Assembly (NCBI GenBank): GCA_964527185.1
Contig: CAZGOI010000002.1
Location: forward strand, 197,532-261,531
DNA length: 64,000 nt
Origin: an uncultured Candidatus Saccharibacteria bacterium
GTDB lineage: Bacteria; Patescibacteriota; Minisyncoccia; Phycocordibacterales; UBA9973
Direction: 5' to 3'
A program made the translations under genes and the position numbers. A model generated the notes under the pieces. It ran no database searches, was not told where the DNA came from, and worked only from the letters and a program-made list of their open reading frames with translations. Shown here piece after piece: positions 20,674 to 31,432 of this stretch; the stretch's first letter is position 1; each line of letters starts with the position of its first letter.

Positions 20674-21603
20674 TTATTTTAAATAACGAGCAATATTTTT
20701 TTGGTGCTCTGCAAATGTCGCCGCAAAGTGGGCTGTACCCGTCTTGTCGTGAATGTAGTATAGATAATCTGAAGCCTGGGGGTAAAGTGCTGCTTTGATA
20801 GCCAAGAGCCCGGGGTTTGAGATCGGTTGGACTGGCAAGCCGAGAGTTTTATATGTTTCCCTATCGGCGTCGACTTGGAGTGGGATATTTTTTTCTATCC
20901 GTTTCCAGAGAATACCCGAGATGATGTAAGCGTCTTTTTCATCGCGCGCTTCTTTTTGTATTATCGAAGCCATACTAACAATATCATCTAAGCTGTGAGA
21001 TGAATTATTTATATCTGGCATCAGGCTAGAAATTTTTTTATTAAAATTGCCAGAGAGTTCGTCGACAATTTCACTAGAGGTCGTCAATTGGTAAAAAAAG
21101 TAAGTGTCGGGAAATAAGTAGCCTTGTTTGCTTCGATCATCGCTTAAAAATAAATCTCTTCTGAAAGCAAGCAACTTGTCGCCGAGTGTTTGAGCCATAT
21201 CGATATTTGTAAAACCTTCTTTGAGGGTGATCCTAATCGGGTCTATGCCGTGGTTACCATTGGCAAGCGACCATGCCACACGCCAAACAGGTAGACGTTC
21301 TTTAAAAAGATAGTCGCCGCGCATTATCGGCCGGCCGAGTCTAAAAATTTCTACAAAAAACTGCAGGGCGCTCGCCTGTCTAACAACAGATTTTGCTTCA
21401 AGTTCTGTGGCAACAGCCCGTAGAGATTCACCTGAGGCAACGTGTATCGTGGTGCCTTCACCGCGGACAAACGCTTTATTTGAAAGCGGAGCCGAGAGTG
21501 TGTAGTAAAGAAAGATTGCTAAAAAACACAATATGAAAAAAATATTTAAGATTGGGTTCGGAAAAAATATTTTTAGTTTTTTTGAAAAAGAATTATCCTC
21601 CAT
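20674..21603 (-). CDS. mltG: endolytic murein transglycosylase MltG (YceG family)
   Basis: N-terminal TM; 'IHVASGESLRAVATELE'; catalytic-region 'LQVDA...YNTY'-like segment. Confidence 0.75.
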   Translation of the reverse strand: MEDNSFSKKLKIFFPNPILNIFFILCFLAIFLYYTLSAPLSNKAFVRGEGTTIHVASGESLRAVATELEAKSVVRQASALQFFVEIFRLGRPIMRGDYLFKERLPVWRVAWSLANGNHGIDPIRITLKEGFTNIDMAQTLGDKLLAFRRDLFLSDDRSKQGYLFPDTYFFYQLTTSSEIVDELSGNFNKKISSLMPDINNSSHSLDDIVSMASIIQKEARDEKDAYIISGILWKRIEKNIPLQVDADRETYKTLGLPVQPISNPGLLAIKAALYPQASDYLYYIHDKTGTAHFAATFAEHQKNIARYLK

Positions 21604-21606
21604 AAG

Positions 21607-22896
21607 CTAGACTGGGAGATTAGCAGGAGGCTTGGCAATTTTAGATTCGATACGCTTAAAGCTCGGCGTCTCTGAGACCATACCTGGGAAGTGAAATATC
21701 GTTGCCAGCTCTTCGGACGACATAACAAAAATATTTGGTTTGCCCGATGGAAAGAAAGCTCTAACAATCGCAGGGTACTCAAACGCATATTGAATTGGCG
21801 GATGGAAAAATGTTCGCATGCGATAGAAATTTAGGAGTCGCTTTTTAATTTTTGTCAGAGCAAGACCTGTCGGGTCGCTCCACGGCGCATCGAATTGTGT
21901 CGAGTTAACACGATTGAGTTCATTGATATCCGGCTGGGCGTACTGCCTCCAGATTAGACGAGAAGCTCGACGGAGGTTATTGAATTGTTCTTCGCTGACT
22001 AGGCGCTTGTCTGAAAGAGTGACAACTCGAATACCGCAATCAAAGTGGATCTTGCTTTCATTGTCGGTTACGACTTTTATCAAGTGTTCCACTGGCTTTG
22101 GAGTTCGAACATCCATACCAAAAGTTTCCCCATTTTCATTTTTTTGGATACGAGTGTATGGTTTAAGAATTTGAAATTGAAATTCTTCAGCAGCTGTATA
22201 GAAATCTACGTGCTTGCCAGTTGTATGGCTGTGGTATTTTTTAATACTTTGCCTAATTATTATTTGCACCCACATTTGTTGACCTTTTGACAGCGAGCCC
22301 AGAAATTCTATAACCGGAGTTATCGGGTCGACTTTGTATTCTTCTTTGGTACCAGTATCCATTTCCTCCATATCGCGATAGGTCTTGATCGGTAGGAAAT
22401 CTTCTTTCATTTTTGAATATTCGCAACCCCACACATACCAATCACCACTTTTTGTATACTCTGGAACGTGTCTAGTATAATCATCGACTTCTACAACTTT
22501 TGCTTGTGGGTATTGGGCGTAAATTTGCGTTTCTATAAGATCTCGTACACGAGATGGAGTTCTAATAAAGAAGTGAACCCGGCCGTCGATCGAAGCAATT
22601 TCAAGTGAAAACCAAAACCACGGCGCGCCTTGAATATATTGTTCCCAGAAACCCTTGTTGCTCTGATGATAAAAGGCGTTAGAAAACACAAGTTCCATAG
22701 CCGCTGGACTCTTGATGACTTCGCGCGGAACTTGGACTTCGAGCAGGATCCATTTGATGCCCATGATGAACCTTTCTTGGCGGTAGTGGTGCCAGAGCCT
22801 AAGAGCGATAATAGAAAGAGGGATCGGCATCAGGTAGCCGATAGCGACCAGGAGGAGTTGGAGTATGTTGTGTGTAGCGAAAAAGTCCCCGACCAT
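21607..22896 (-). CDS. hypothetical membrane-anchored protein (429 aa)
   Basis: N-terminal TM; no recognisable domain; 4 nt from mltG. Confidence 0.35.
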   Translation of the reverse strand: MVGDFFATHNILQLLLVAIGYLMPIPLSIIALRLWHHYRQERFIMGIKWILLEVQVPREVIKSPAAMELVFSNAFYHQSNKGFWEQYIQGAPWFWFSLEIASIDGRVHFFIRTPSRVRDLIETQIYAQYPQAKVVEVDDYTRHVPEYTKSGDWYVWGCEYSKMKEDFLPIKTYRDMEEMDTGTKEEYKVDPITPVIEFLGSLSKGQQMWVQIIIRQSIKKYHSHTTGKHVDFYTAAEEFQFQILKPYTRIQKNENGETFGMDVRTPKPVEHLIKVVTDNESKIHFDCGIRVVTLSDKRLVSEEQFNNLRRASRLIWRQYAQPDINELNRVNSTQFDAPWSDPTGLALTKIKKRLLNFYRMRTFFHPPIQYAFEYPAIVRAFFPSGKPNIFVMSSEELATIFHFPGMVSETPSFKRIESKIAKPPANLPV

Positions 22897-22954
22897 GGAA
22901 GTATTATAACATGAAAATAATAAATCCCGCTTGTTTTGCGGGATTTATTTGAAA

Positions 22955-23986
22955 CTAAACTGTAGTATACAGGCCGTTTTTATTTTTTTTGAAATATTTT
23001 GAATTCTGGAGGTTGACCAAGATTGTATTTTTCTTCAGATACCTTTCCTTCATGACTTGCTCGACGATATTTTCCTTTGACATTGGACCATTTTTCTTTA
23101 ACAGTTCTTTTATGACGTCACGGACGACACCAGATTTGTAGCCCCATTCTGACAGAGCGTAGATACCGCGGCCGACGAGCACAAAACGAGGGTCTTTGAT
23201 GAGTTCATTGTGGCAAGTTGCAGTGTGGCACTTTTTGTTAAATGTATTTGAGATCGCTTTGGCAACTTCGCGGAAATGCATTGGTGAACCATGTTTGCGC
23301 ATCATCAGAAACGCATAATCTTTAACCCCTCTTGTTTTAACACCCGAGGAATCAGCCTTGCCCCATTCACCGAGCGGGTTGCGACTAAGATTTTTTGACA
23401 TAGAAAGCCAACGGCGAGCAATCTCTTCGTTTTTATATTGCTCGGATAAATTTTTTACTTCGTCTAAGAAACGCGATATCAACTCGCCTTCTGGCACGAG
23501 TTCGTCATCTGTTAGGTTTGAATATAAATTTTTTAGTGATTTATGAACTTCATCTGCAATCGAATCATCGACACTCCAACGAGTTCTAAAATCGTCATCT
23601 TCTTTGTGCTTTTTGAAACCATCACCGAGAGTTAGATACAGGTGGATATGATTTTGGGTAAGTTTGTCTTTTGAAATATGCTCTAGCAATTCTTGTTCTG
23701 AAACAATAGCCCCGAGAGTGTTGATGAGTTTTTTTAATTCTTCAAAAACCGCTTTTTCATCTTTGAAAGATTGAGACTTTCGAACCATTCCGATGGCAGC
23801 ATTTTCTATTTGTCTGACACGTTCGCGGGTAATGCCATATTTCTGACCGATAGCTTCGAGGGTTTTTCTTTCGGTATCATCGGTAATGCCAAAACGGTTG
23901 GTCACAACTTCATAAGCCCGATCTGGGAGGTCAGATAAGATTCTTTTAGTAACTTGTTTTGGTTTAAATGTGATTGTGTTGGCCAT
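22955..23986 (-). CDS. protein with an N-terminal sigma-70 region-4-like HTH
   Basis: 'RFGITDDTERKTLEAIGQKYGITRERVRQIENAAIGMVRK' matches the sigma-70 r4.2 HTH; no region 2 detected. Confidence 0.45.
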   Translation of the reverse strand: MANTITFKPKQVTKRILSDLPDRAYEVVTNRFGITDDTERKTLEAIGQKYGITRERVRQIENAAIGMVRKSQSFKDEKAVFEELKKLINTLGAIVSEQELLEHISKDKLTQNHIHLYLTLGDGFKKHKEDDDFRTRWSVDDSIADEVHKSLKNLYSNLTDDELVPEGELISRFLDEVKNLSEQYKNEEIARRWLSMSKNLSRNPLGEWGKADSSGVKTRGVKDYAFLMMRKHGSPMHFREVAKAISNTFNKKCHTATCHNELIKDPRFVLVGRGIYALSEWGYKSGVVRDVIKELLKKNGPMSKENIVEQVMKERYLKKNTILVNLQNSKYFKKNKNGLYTTV

Positions 23987-24090
23987 CTAAGTTTTGAAGT
24001 TAATATCTAAATAATTTTTTACAATTTTGATAATATCATTAGTCTCAAATAAAGTCAACTTTCGATCTTGCCCTTGATTTTGGGGATATT

Positions 24091-25911
24091 TTAGATACTT
24101 TCTTTTGAAGATTTTGACTTTGTTCTACCCTGTTCGGTGAGTATCTTCTTGCGCAAGCGGACACTTTTGGGTGTAATTTCCAAATATTCATCGTCGGCCA
24201 TTATCTCAAGACCGCGCTCGATGTTTAGTGTAAGTGGCGGCTTGAGAACTATAGCCTCATCGCTGCCGCTGGCCCGCATATTTGTTAGCTGTTTGCCTTT
24301 GATCGGGTTGACTACCATTTCCTCGCCCTTGGTTACATTGCCAACAACCATGCCTTCATAGACTTCGGTACCATGATCTATATATAGTGTCCCACGCTCT
24401 TGGAGGTTCCATAGCGAATAGGCGACGGCTTTGCCGAGGATCATTGAAGTCATCGAGCCGACGTCTCGCTTTTTAATTTCCCCAGTATAATCTTTGAAGC
24501 CGATAAATCGCGAAGCCAATATCCCCTCGCCTTTTGTGTCGACGATAAACTGATTACGGTAACCGAGCAGCCCGCGAGTTGGAATTTCGATTTGGATTCG
24601 AGAGATGCCTTCTTTTTCGTGCATGTTTGTGATCTGGCCGCGGCGAGCTGTTAATTTCTCGATGACCGTACCAGAGAATTCGCTTCGAACATCTATCGTG
24701 ACTTCTTCATATGGTTCTAATTTTTTTCCATTTTCTTCTTTGATGATAACGTGTGGTTGCGAAACTTGCAGTTCATAACCTTCGCGCCGCATATTTTCGA
24801 GCAAGACTGCAATATGAAGCTCGCCACGGCCATAGACTAGGTAACCCTCTTGGACTTCTTCTTTGTCTTCGTTATTAAAATTAATCCGCAGGCCGACATT
24901 GACCTCGAGCTCTTTTTCCAAACGCTCTCTTATTTGTCTGCCGGTTACAAATTTACCCTCGCGACCGGCAAACGGCGAATCGTTGACCAAGAAATTAAGT
25001 GATATCGTCGGCTCATCGATAGCGATAGATGGCATGGCTTCTGTACCCTCGCTATCGCAAATAGTCTCGCCGATAAATACATCTGGAATACCAGCGACGA
25101 TACCGATATCGCCTGTGCTTAAATTCTCTACTTCTTTTCTATTTATTCCTTCAAAGCTAAAGAGCTTTGTGATGCGAGCGCTTCGCGAGGTTCCACCTTC
25201 GTTTTTGACTATTATTTGACTACCAGTTTTGACAGAGCCAGCATAGACGCGGACGATGGCCAAGCGACCGAGGAAATTGTCGTAGCCCAAGTTAAAAACT
25301 TGAGCCTGAAAGGGCTTGTCTATATCTTTGCTCGCGTCTTTGACTTCGTGGAGTACGAGATCAAGCAGTGGCGAGAGGTCTTTTGATTCATCGTCTAGAT
25401 TGTTTTTGGCAATTCCATCGCGGCTGATGGCATAGATGGTCTTGAAATTTATCTGTTCTTCGTTTGCGCCGAGTTCGAGGAATAGTTCGAGTACTTCTTC
25501 GTGCACCCGATTTGGGTCGGCTGCATTTTTATCTATTTTATTTATAACGACGATTGGTTTGAGACCAAGTTCGAGCGATTTCTTTAGGACAAATCTTGTT
25601 TGCGGCATCGGGCCTTCTTGGGCATCGACTAGGAGAAGCACCGAGTCGATAGCGCGTAAAACACGCTCGACTTCTGAACCAAAATCGGCGTGGCCGGGAG
25701 TATCGACGATATTTATTTTTGTGCCTTTATAATTTACGCTTGTATTTTTTGAATAGATAGTGATACCGCGTTCAAGTTCAAGGGCGTTCGAATCCATCGA
25801 GACGCCTTCTTCTACCATACCGCATTGTTTCATCAATTGGTCTGTCAGTGTAGTCTTGCCGTGGTCGACGTGCGCGATGATTGCTATATTTCTAATTTCT
25901 TTTGGTTCCAT
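24091..25911 (-). CDS. typA: translational GTPase TypA/BipA
   Basis: 'IRNIAIIAHVDHGKTTLTD', 'DTPGHADF', 'NKID'; 606 aa. Confidence 0.92.
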   Translation of the reverse strand: MEPKEIRNIAIIAHVDHGKTTLTDQLMKQCGMVEEGVSMDSNALELERGITIYSKNTSVNYKGTKINIVDTPGHADFGSEVERVLRAIDSVLLLVDAQEGPMPQTRFVLKKSLELGLKPIVVINKIDKNAADPNRVHEEVLELFLELGANEEQINFKTIYAISRDGIAKNNLDDESKDLSPLLDLVLHEVKDASKDIDKPFQAQVFNLGYDNFLGRLAIVRVYAGSVKTGSQIIVKNEGGTSRSARITKLFSFEGINRKEVENLSTGDIGIVAGIPDVFIGETICDSEGTEAMPSIAIDEPTISLNFLVNDSPFAGREGKFVTGRQIRERLEKELEVNVGLRINFNNEDKEEVQEGYLVYGRGELHIAVLLENMRREGYELQVSQPHVIIKEENGKKLEPYEEVTIDVRSEFSGTVIEKLTARRGQITNMHEKEGISRIQIEIPTRGLLGYRNQFIVDTKGEGILASRFIGFKDYTGEIKKRDVGSMTSMILGKAVAYSLWNLQERGTLYIDHGTEVYEGMVVGNVTKGEEMVVNPIKGKQLTNMRASGSDEAIVLKPPLTLNIERGLEIMADDEYLEITPKSVRLRKKILTEQGRTKSKSSKESI

Positions 25912-25975
25912 AAAAATAAATCGCCCACCGGCGAAATGTGTTTTGATATTATCATAAATTTTCTAAAATGTAAAT

Positions 25976-27070
25976 TTATAGAAGTTTTAAAATGTCGTGG
26001 TATGTGACAACGGCCATGAGGATCATTAGAATGCTGAAGCCGACGGCGTTGGCGATGTTTGCAATTTTGGGTTTTATGCGCGAACCTTTAATTTTTTCAA
26101 TAAATAAAAATAGTAGTCGCCCACCATCGAGCGCCGGAAACGGAATGAGGTTGATGACTGCAAGATTTATAGAAATAAATGCAGTGAAAGACATGAGGTA
26201 AATAAACCCGAGCTTGGCCACTTGGCCTACGACTTGGGTAATGCCGACCGGCCCCGAAATATCATCGAGGCTGCCATGGCCACGAAACGCATTGCCTATC
26301 AAAATACCAAAGCCTTTAATAATATTTGCAAAGGAATCGATGGTGAGGTTAAATCCATAACCAATCGCTTGGACAAATGGCAACTTGAGCGTGCCAATAA
26401 TATCTAGGCCGACCCCGATGGCTGGAGAATTTTTGACAACATCATTTGCTGGTGTGATTTCGGTTTGGTTTGTAACTCCGGCGCGCGAATATGTCAGTGT
26501 GATTGGTTCGCTTGGGTGTCTCTTGATAAAATACTGCACGCTTTCAACCGATGGCGTTTCTGTAGAGTCGTTTTTTGTTTTCATCGATAAGATCGCATCT
26601 CCGGGCAACAGACCGGCTTTGTCGGCCGGAGAAGATTTTGAAACGAGGGTGATAGTCAGAGCTTGGTTTTCAAGTTTAGCGCCAATTGGAGTTTGACCGA
26701 GGGATGTCGGCAAACCAGACATGAAACAAATAGAGAATAAAAACCATGCAAGAACCAGATTCATAAAAATCCCGGCGACGAGGACCGCGGCTTGGGTAAA
26801 AAACGGTTTATTTACAAAACTTCTATTGCTGCCCTTTCCATTTATAGAATCTTCGTCAGGGTTCTCGCCAAAAATTTTTACATACCCGCCAAACGGCAAC
26901 GCGTTGAAATTGTAGCTCGTCTCGCCCTTTTTTATTCCAAAAAGTTTTGGCGGAAAACCAAAAGAAAATTCATCGACCCGCATACCCGAGCGCTTGGCCA
27001 CGATAAAATGCCCAAACTCGTGGGAAATAACAAGCACAAGCAAAATTAGCAAGAAAATTAAGATGTTCAT
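25976..27070 (-). CDS. rseP: site-2 protease RseP (M50 zinc metalloprotease with PDZ)
   Basis: 'HEFGHF' zinc motif in TM1; PDZ-like middle region; 'LDGG' motif near the C-terminus. Confidence 0.85.
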   Translation of the reverse strand: MNILIFLLILLVLVISHEFGHFIVAKRSGMRVDEFSFGFPPKLFGIKKGETSYNFNALPFGGYVKIFGENPDEDSINGKGSNRSFVNKPFFTQAAVLVAGIFMNLVLAWFLFSICFMSGLPTSLGQTPIGAKLENQALTITLVSKSSPADKAGLLPGDAILSMKTKNDSTETPSVESVQYFIKRHPSEPITLTYSRAGVTNQTEITPANDVVKNSPAIGVGLDIIGTLKLPFVQAIGYGFNLTIDSFANIIKGFGILIGNAFRGHGSLDDISGPVGITQVVGQVAKLGFIYLMSFTAFISINLAVINLIPFPALDGGRLLFLFIEKIKGSRIKPKIANIANAVGFSILMILMAVVTYHDILKLL

Positions 27071-27082
27071 CTGTATTGTAGG

Positions 27083-27616
27083 TTAGCTCATCACCTCGTT
27101 TTCTTTTTTAGTAAATATTGCTTCGAGGTTTTTATTTGCTTCGTCGACACACTTTTGTATTTCTTCTTTGGCGCGCTTTTTTTCATCTTCACTCATATTG
27201 TCGGTCTTGTTTATCTCGTCTGTTCTATCTTTCCTGACATTGATACGCGCATCTTCGAGTTTTTCTTTTAAAATTTTTGTCAGATTTGTTCGGTTCTCGG
27301 TTGTCAGCGCTGGAAATATGGCTCGCACACCTTCGTTGTCAGAGGCAACACTGAGGCCCAAGTTTGCGCCCGATATTGCACTCTCTATATCTTTTATCTG
27401 GCCTTTGTCCCACGGTACAACGCGAAGGGTTTTTGGGTCTTCGATTGTGATACTTGCAACCGAATTGAGTGGAACTTTAGTCCCATAAGATTCAACTCGA
27501 ACACTATCGAGCACAATCGGTGTGGCGCGGCCAGTGTGAACCTGAGAATAATCTCGAGACAATCGCTCTTCGATTTTTTTTAGTTCCTGCTTAAAATTTA
27601 GAGCATTATATACCAT
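27083..27616 (-). CDS. frr: ribosome recycling factor
   Basis: 177 aa; 'HTGRATPIVLDSVRVESYG'. Confidence 0.9.
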   Translation of the reverse strand: MVYNALNFKQELKKIEERLSRDYSQVHTGRATPIVLDSVRVESYGTKVPLNSVASITIEDPKTLRVVPWDKGQIKDIESAISGANLGLSVASDNEGVRAIFPALTTENRTNLTKILKEKLEDARINVRKDRTDEINKTDNMSEDEKKRAKEEIQKCVDEANKNLEAIFTKKENEVMS

Positions 27617-27625
27617 GTCGGTTTA

Positions 27626-28321
27626 TTATAGCACAAGAGATATATGTTCTAATATCATTTTGACCGATGAACCGGGGTTTCGTAAATAGTTGCGATTGCT
27701 AGAAATTTCTTCGAGCGCAAATTGCGTATCGGTATTTTCCTTATCTGCCTGCCATTTTTTATAGACCGCGCGCTCAAGGGCATTGAGCCATTCGATCGCC
27801 TCGTGCCTAAGGCCACCCGAATCTTCGTCTTCGCTATGAGTTTTGATCATATCTGAAATTAGATCAATTCTTTTTTCTTTTTTTGATTTAATAAATTCAT
27901 TTATTTTTTTATCCAGATCATTCCCCACTTGGGTTTCAGATTTAACTACTTGAACTCGCGACAAAATAGTATCGAGCAAGGCGTTTACTTTTGGAACAAT
28001 TATGAAAAAATGTGTTTCTTGACCAGGTTCTTCGATAATCTTAAGCAGTGTGCGTTCGGCATCGTGGTTTATAAATTTTGCGCCGATGATGCAAAATTTC
28101 TTACCACCGAGTGCCGGCAACTCGGCGTGCCAAGATTTTATTCTCGAACTATCTTCGATATTAAACGAGTCATAGACTTCAATGAACATATCTATGCTGT
28201 TTTTTTGAGCATAACCGCTATTGATTAAAAAATCTCGGAGGCTGTACGGTAGAGCGTTTGGGTTACCCTCAATCACGTATGCATGGTATAAATTTTTTGG
28301 GAAAATTTTTTTGAAATCCAT
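27626..28321 (-). CDS. holB: DNA polymerase III delta'-like clamp-loader subunit
   Basis: 'LYHAYVIEG', 'LLKIIEEPGQETHFFII', 'ILSRVQVV' (sensor-1/SRC-like); no intact Walker A. Confidence 0.55.
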   Translation of the reverse strand: MDFKKIFPKNLYHAYVIEGNPNALPYSLRDFLINSGYAQKNSIDMFIEVYDSFNIEDSSRIKSWHAELPALGGKKFCIIGAKFINHDAERTLLKIIEEPGQETHFFIIVPKVNALLDTILSRVQVVKSETQVGNDLDKKINEFIKSKKEKRIDLISDMIKTHSEDEDSGGLRHEAIEWLNALERAVYKKWQADKENTDTQFALEEISSNRNYLRNPGSSVKMILEHISLVL

Positions 28322-28348
28322 TTTTATTGAGTTTTTGCATTTATTATT

Positions 28349-29368
28349 TTATCTCTTGCTGACAATTGTTTTTTTGTAAGTATCTAGGTGGTTGAGGGCT
28401 TCTCCGGTACCACGAGCAACACACAGTAGTGGCTCCTCGGCTATATAGGCTTTGACTCCAGTGCGCCGATAAATAAGATCGGCTAGATTGCGAAGTTGCG
28501 AAGTACCGCCTGTCATTATTATACCATCGTCGATAATGTCAGCGGCCAATTCTGGTGGAGTTTGTGACAACACGTCTTTAATAGCGCTAAGCATTGTCCG
28601 CAGTTCTTTGTCTATGGCTTTGACTATTTCATTTGTCGAGATCTGGGCTGTTCGAGGAAGGCCTTGGATATAGTCGCGACCTTTGATTGTAATTGTCAGT
28701 TCTTCTTCGAGTGGTACGGCCGCGCCAATTTTTATTTTTATTGCTTCTGCAGTTTTGTCACCGATAGCTAAGTTGAATGTTTTTTTAATATAGTCGGCGA
28801 TAGCTTGGTCGATCTTGTCGCCGGCGCATTTAACAGAAGTCGAGGCGACTATTCCGCCGAGTGATATAACAGCGATGTCGGTCGTGCCACCACCGATATC
28901 CATGATCATGTGGCCTTTTGATTCTTGGATCGGAATACCAGCGCCGATGGCTGCCAAGATTGGCTCTTTGACAACGTATGCATTCTTGGCGCCAGCCCGA
29001 ACAGCCGCTTCAACAACTGCGCGGCGCTCGGTCGAAGTAATTCCCGCCGGCACCGAGACCATGACGTCTGGTTTAAATAAATTATATTTGCCAAGAGCTT
29101 TGTTTATAAAATATCGGAGCATGGCTTCGGTCACTCGGTAGTCAGCGATGACGCCGTCTTTCATCGGCCGGTAGACTATGATGCTCTCAGGGGTTTTGCC
29201 GATCATGTCTTTTGCCTCGGCCCCAATGGCAAGAATGATATTGTCTTGTTCGGCGACCGCCACAACCGAGGGTTCGTTCAAAACTATGCCCTTACCAGGC
29301 AAGTAGACGAGGGTGTTTGCCGTTCCCAAATCAATCCCTAATTTTTTTGAAATTAAAGCCATAATCAA
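28349..29368 (-). CDS. mreB: rod-shape-determining protein MreB
   Basis: 'LGIDLGTANTLVYLPGKGIVLNEPSVVAV', 'DIGGGTTDIAVISLGG'. Confidence 0.92.
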   Translation of the reverse strand: MIMALISKKLGIDLGTANTLVYLPGKGIVLNEPSVVAVAEQDNIILAIGAEAKDMIGKTPESIIVYRPMKDGVIADYRVTEAMLRYFINKALGKYNLFKPDVMVSVPAGITSTERRAVVEAAVRAGAKNAYVVKEPILAAIGAGIPIQESKGHMIMDIGGGTTDIAVISLGGIVASTSVKCAGDKIDQAIADYIKKTFNLAIGDKTAEAIKIKIGAAVPLEEELTITIKGRDYIQGLPRTAQISTNEIVKAIDKELRTMLSAIKDVLSQTPPELAADIIDDGIIMTGGTSQLRNLADLIYRRTGVKAYIAEEPLLCVARGTGEALNHLDTYKKTIVSKR

Positions 29369-29434
29369 ATGTTATAGAGCTACTATAGCATAAAATCATA
29401 TCTTTAGGATGGACCTCTATGCTAGGATATTAGT

Positions 29435-31387
29435 ATGTATATTGTGACAATCATCCCGATAAAGAAGGGTTTGCAGAAGGAAAATCTGACCTATTTTTCA
29501 GCTAACAATATTGCCCTAGGGACGATCGTGACTGTGCCGGTGCGCTCAAAAAAAATTGAGGCGCTTGTAATCGGTGTCGAAGACGCCAAAGTATTGAAAA
29601 CTGATTTAAAAAATAGAGAATACCAGTTAAAAAAAATTGTTGGGATCAAGGGTCGGGCTCCATTTACAAAAGAATTCTTTACTGCTTGCCAAATACTCGG
29701 GGATTATTTCATCGGTTCGACTGGTTCGATTATTGGTAATTTATTTCCAAAAATATTTTTGGAAAACATTAGAGATCTCAAAGAAAAAAATTCTAGTGAA
29801 ATAGAAAATCGAAAAGAAAATGTCAAGCACGAGAAATTAATATTTCAAGCTAATTTTGAAGACCGTGCTGCTTTTTATCGCACGCTCATCCGCGAGGCAT
29901 TTGCCAAGAAACAATCTGTCTATATTTGTGTACCAACTAAATACGACATAAAAGAGTGGGAGGGGGCGCTGGTCAAAGGTATCGAGCAGTATCTTTTTAC
30001 TTTTTACTCTGAAATGACAAAAAAATCTCTGATCAGTGCATACAATGGTGTCCTAAATACTAAACATCCAGTAATCATAATTGGTACCGGAGTTTTTTTG
30101 TCGATCCCGAGACGAGATATCGGGACGATAATACTTGAAAGAGAAAGTGGTGATGGTTATAAACAACTTTCAAAACCATACATAGATATTAGAACTTTTG
30201 TTGAGATATTTTCCGGAATTGAAAAAACAAAATTAATTTTTGGCGATACGCTTCTGCGACCAGAGACTCTCTATAGGCACGACCAAGGTGAACTCGGTGA
30301 AGTCTCTTCCCCTAGCTATAGACTACTACAGCTCGAAAACGAAACTGTTGTTGATGTTAAAAAAGAAAATAATATAGACTCGAAGACAAAAATTTTCAGT
30401 GTTCTTTCAGAAAAAGCAAAAAAACAAGTCGAGCAAAATATCACTATTGACAAATCGACATTTCTTTTTAGCTTGCGCAAGGGTCTGGCGCCGATTACAG
30501 TCTGTCACGATTGTGGTCACACTCTGCTTTGCCCAAATTGTTCCGCCCCGATGGTCCTTTACGGTGCAAAACAACGGACTTCTACCAAGATCGAGCAGAC
30601 CCGTATATTTATGTGCAACAAATGTGGTCACCGGGAAACAACTGGCGTTAAATGCAAAGAATGCAGTAGCTGGAACTTGACCCCGATCGGTATCGGTACC
30701 GATCGAGTTTACGAAGAGGTTAGAGAATTGTTCCCCAAAACTCATATCATTCAAATAGATAAAGAAAGTGTTGCAAACGACAAAGAAGCTCGGGTCTTAG
30801 TTGAAAATTTTTATAAAAAGCCAGGAAGTATTCTAATTGGCACCGAGATGGCGTTTTCTTATTTAGATTCTATGGTTGATTCTAGTATTATAGTCTCGCT
30901 TGATGGGTTGCTGTCAATTCCAAGTTTCAATATTACTCAAAAAATTTTACATATCATTGAACGATTGACCAGAAGAACGAGTGGTACACTTATAATCCAA
31001 ACGAGGATGCCAGAAAATGAAATATTACGATATATAAATTCTGGAAATGTTTTACCGCTCTACCGAGAAGATTTAGCCGATCGAAAAAAATTTGGTTATC
31101 CACCATTTAAACGGCTGATAAAAATTACATTTGCTGGAACTGCAAGTGAAACAGAGAAAGCCAGGGAGTATATATCAAATGCGCTCGGCAAATATGAACC
31201 GCAAATATTTTCTGCATTCATCGGTAAAGTAAAAGGTCAGTATGTAACAAATACAGTTCTAAAGATAGACCCTAATGACTGGCGCTTGCCTGAAAAAGAT
31301 AAATCAAAAAATTTAGAGCTTCAAAATATTTTGTTTAGTTTACCGCCGCAATTTGCCGTAAACGTCGACCCCGAGGATTTACTCTAG
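29435..31387 (+). CDS. priA: primosomal protein N' (PriA-like) with a degenerate helicase core
   Basis: Cys4 zinc-binding region 'CHDCGHTLLCPNCSAPMV...CNKCGH...CKECSS'; 3'-DNA-binding N-terminal domain; no canonical GxGKT/DEAH motifs seen. Confidence 0.7.
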   Translation: MYIVTIIPIKKGLQKENLTYFSANNIALGTIVTVPVRSKKIEALVIGVEDAKVLKTDLKNREYQLKKIVGIKGRAPFTKEFFTACQILGDYFIGSTGSIIGNLFPKIFLENIRDLKEKNSSEIENRKENVKHEKLIFQANFEDRAAFYRTLIREAFAKKQSVYICVPTKYDIKEWEGALVKGIEQYLFTFYSEMTKKSLISAYNGVLNTKHPVIIIGTGVFLSIPRRDIGTIILERESGDGYKQLSKPYIDIRTFVEIFSGIEKTKLIFGDTLLRPETLYRHDQGELGEVSSPSYRLLQLENETVVDVKKENNIDSKTKIFSVLSEKAKKQVEQNITIDKSTFLFSLRKGLAPITVCHDCGHTLLCPNCSAPMVLYGAKQRTSTKIEQTRIFMCNKCGHRETTGVKCKECSSWNLTPIGIGTDRVYEEVRELFPKTHIIQIDKESVANDKEARVLVENFYKKPGSILIGTEMAFSYLDSMVDSSIIVSLDGLLSIPSFNITQKILHIIERLTRRTSGTLIIQTRMPENEILRYINSGNVLPLYREDLADRKKFGYPPFKRLIKITFAGTASETEKAREYISNALGKYEPQIFSAFIGKVKGQYVTNTVLKIDPNDWRLPEKDKSKNLELQNILFSLPPQFAVNVDPEDLL

Positions 31388-31432
31388 TTTTTCTTGCTTA
31401 AAGTAGCATCGTATGCTAACATATGTTTCACT

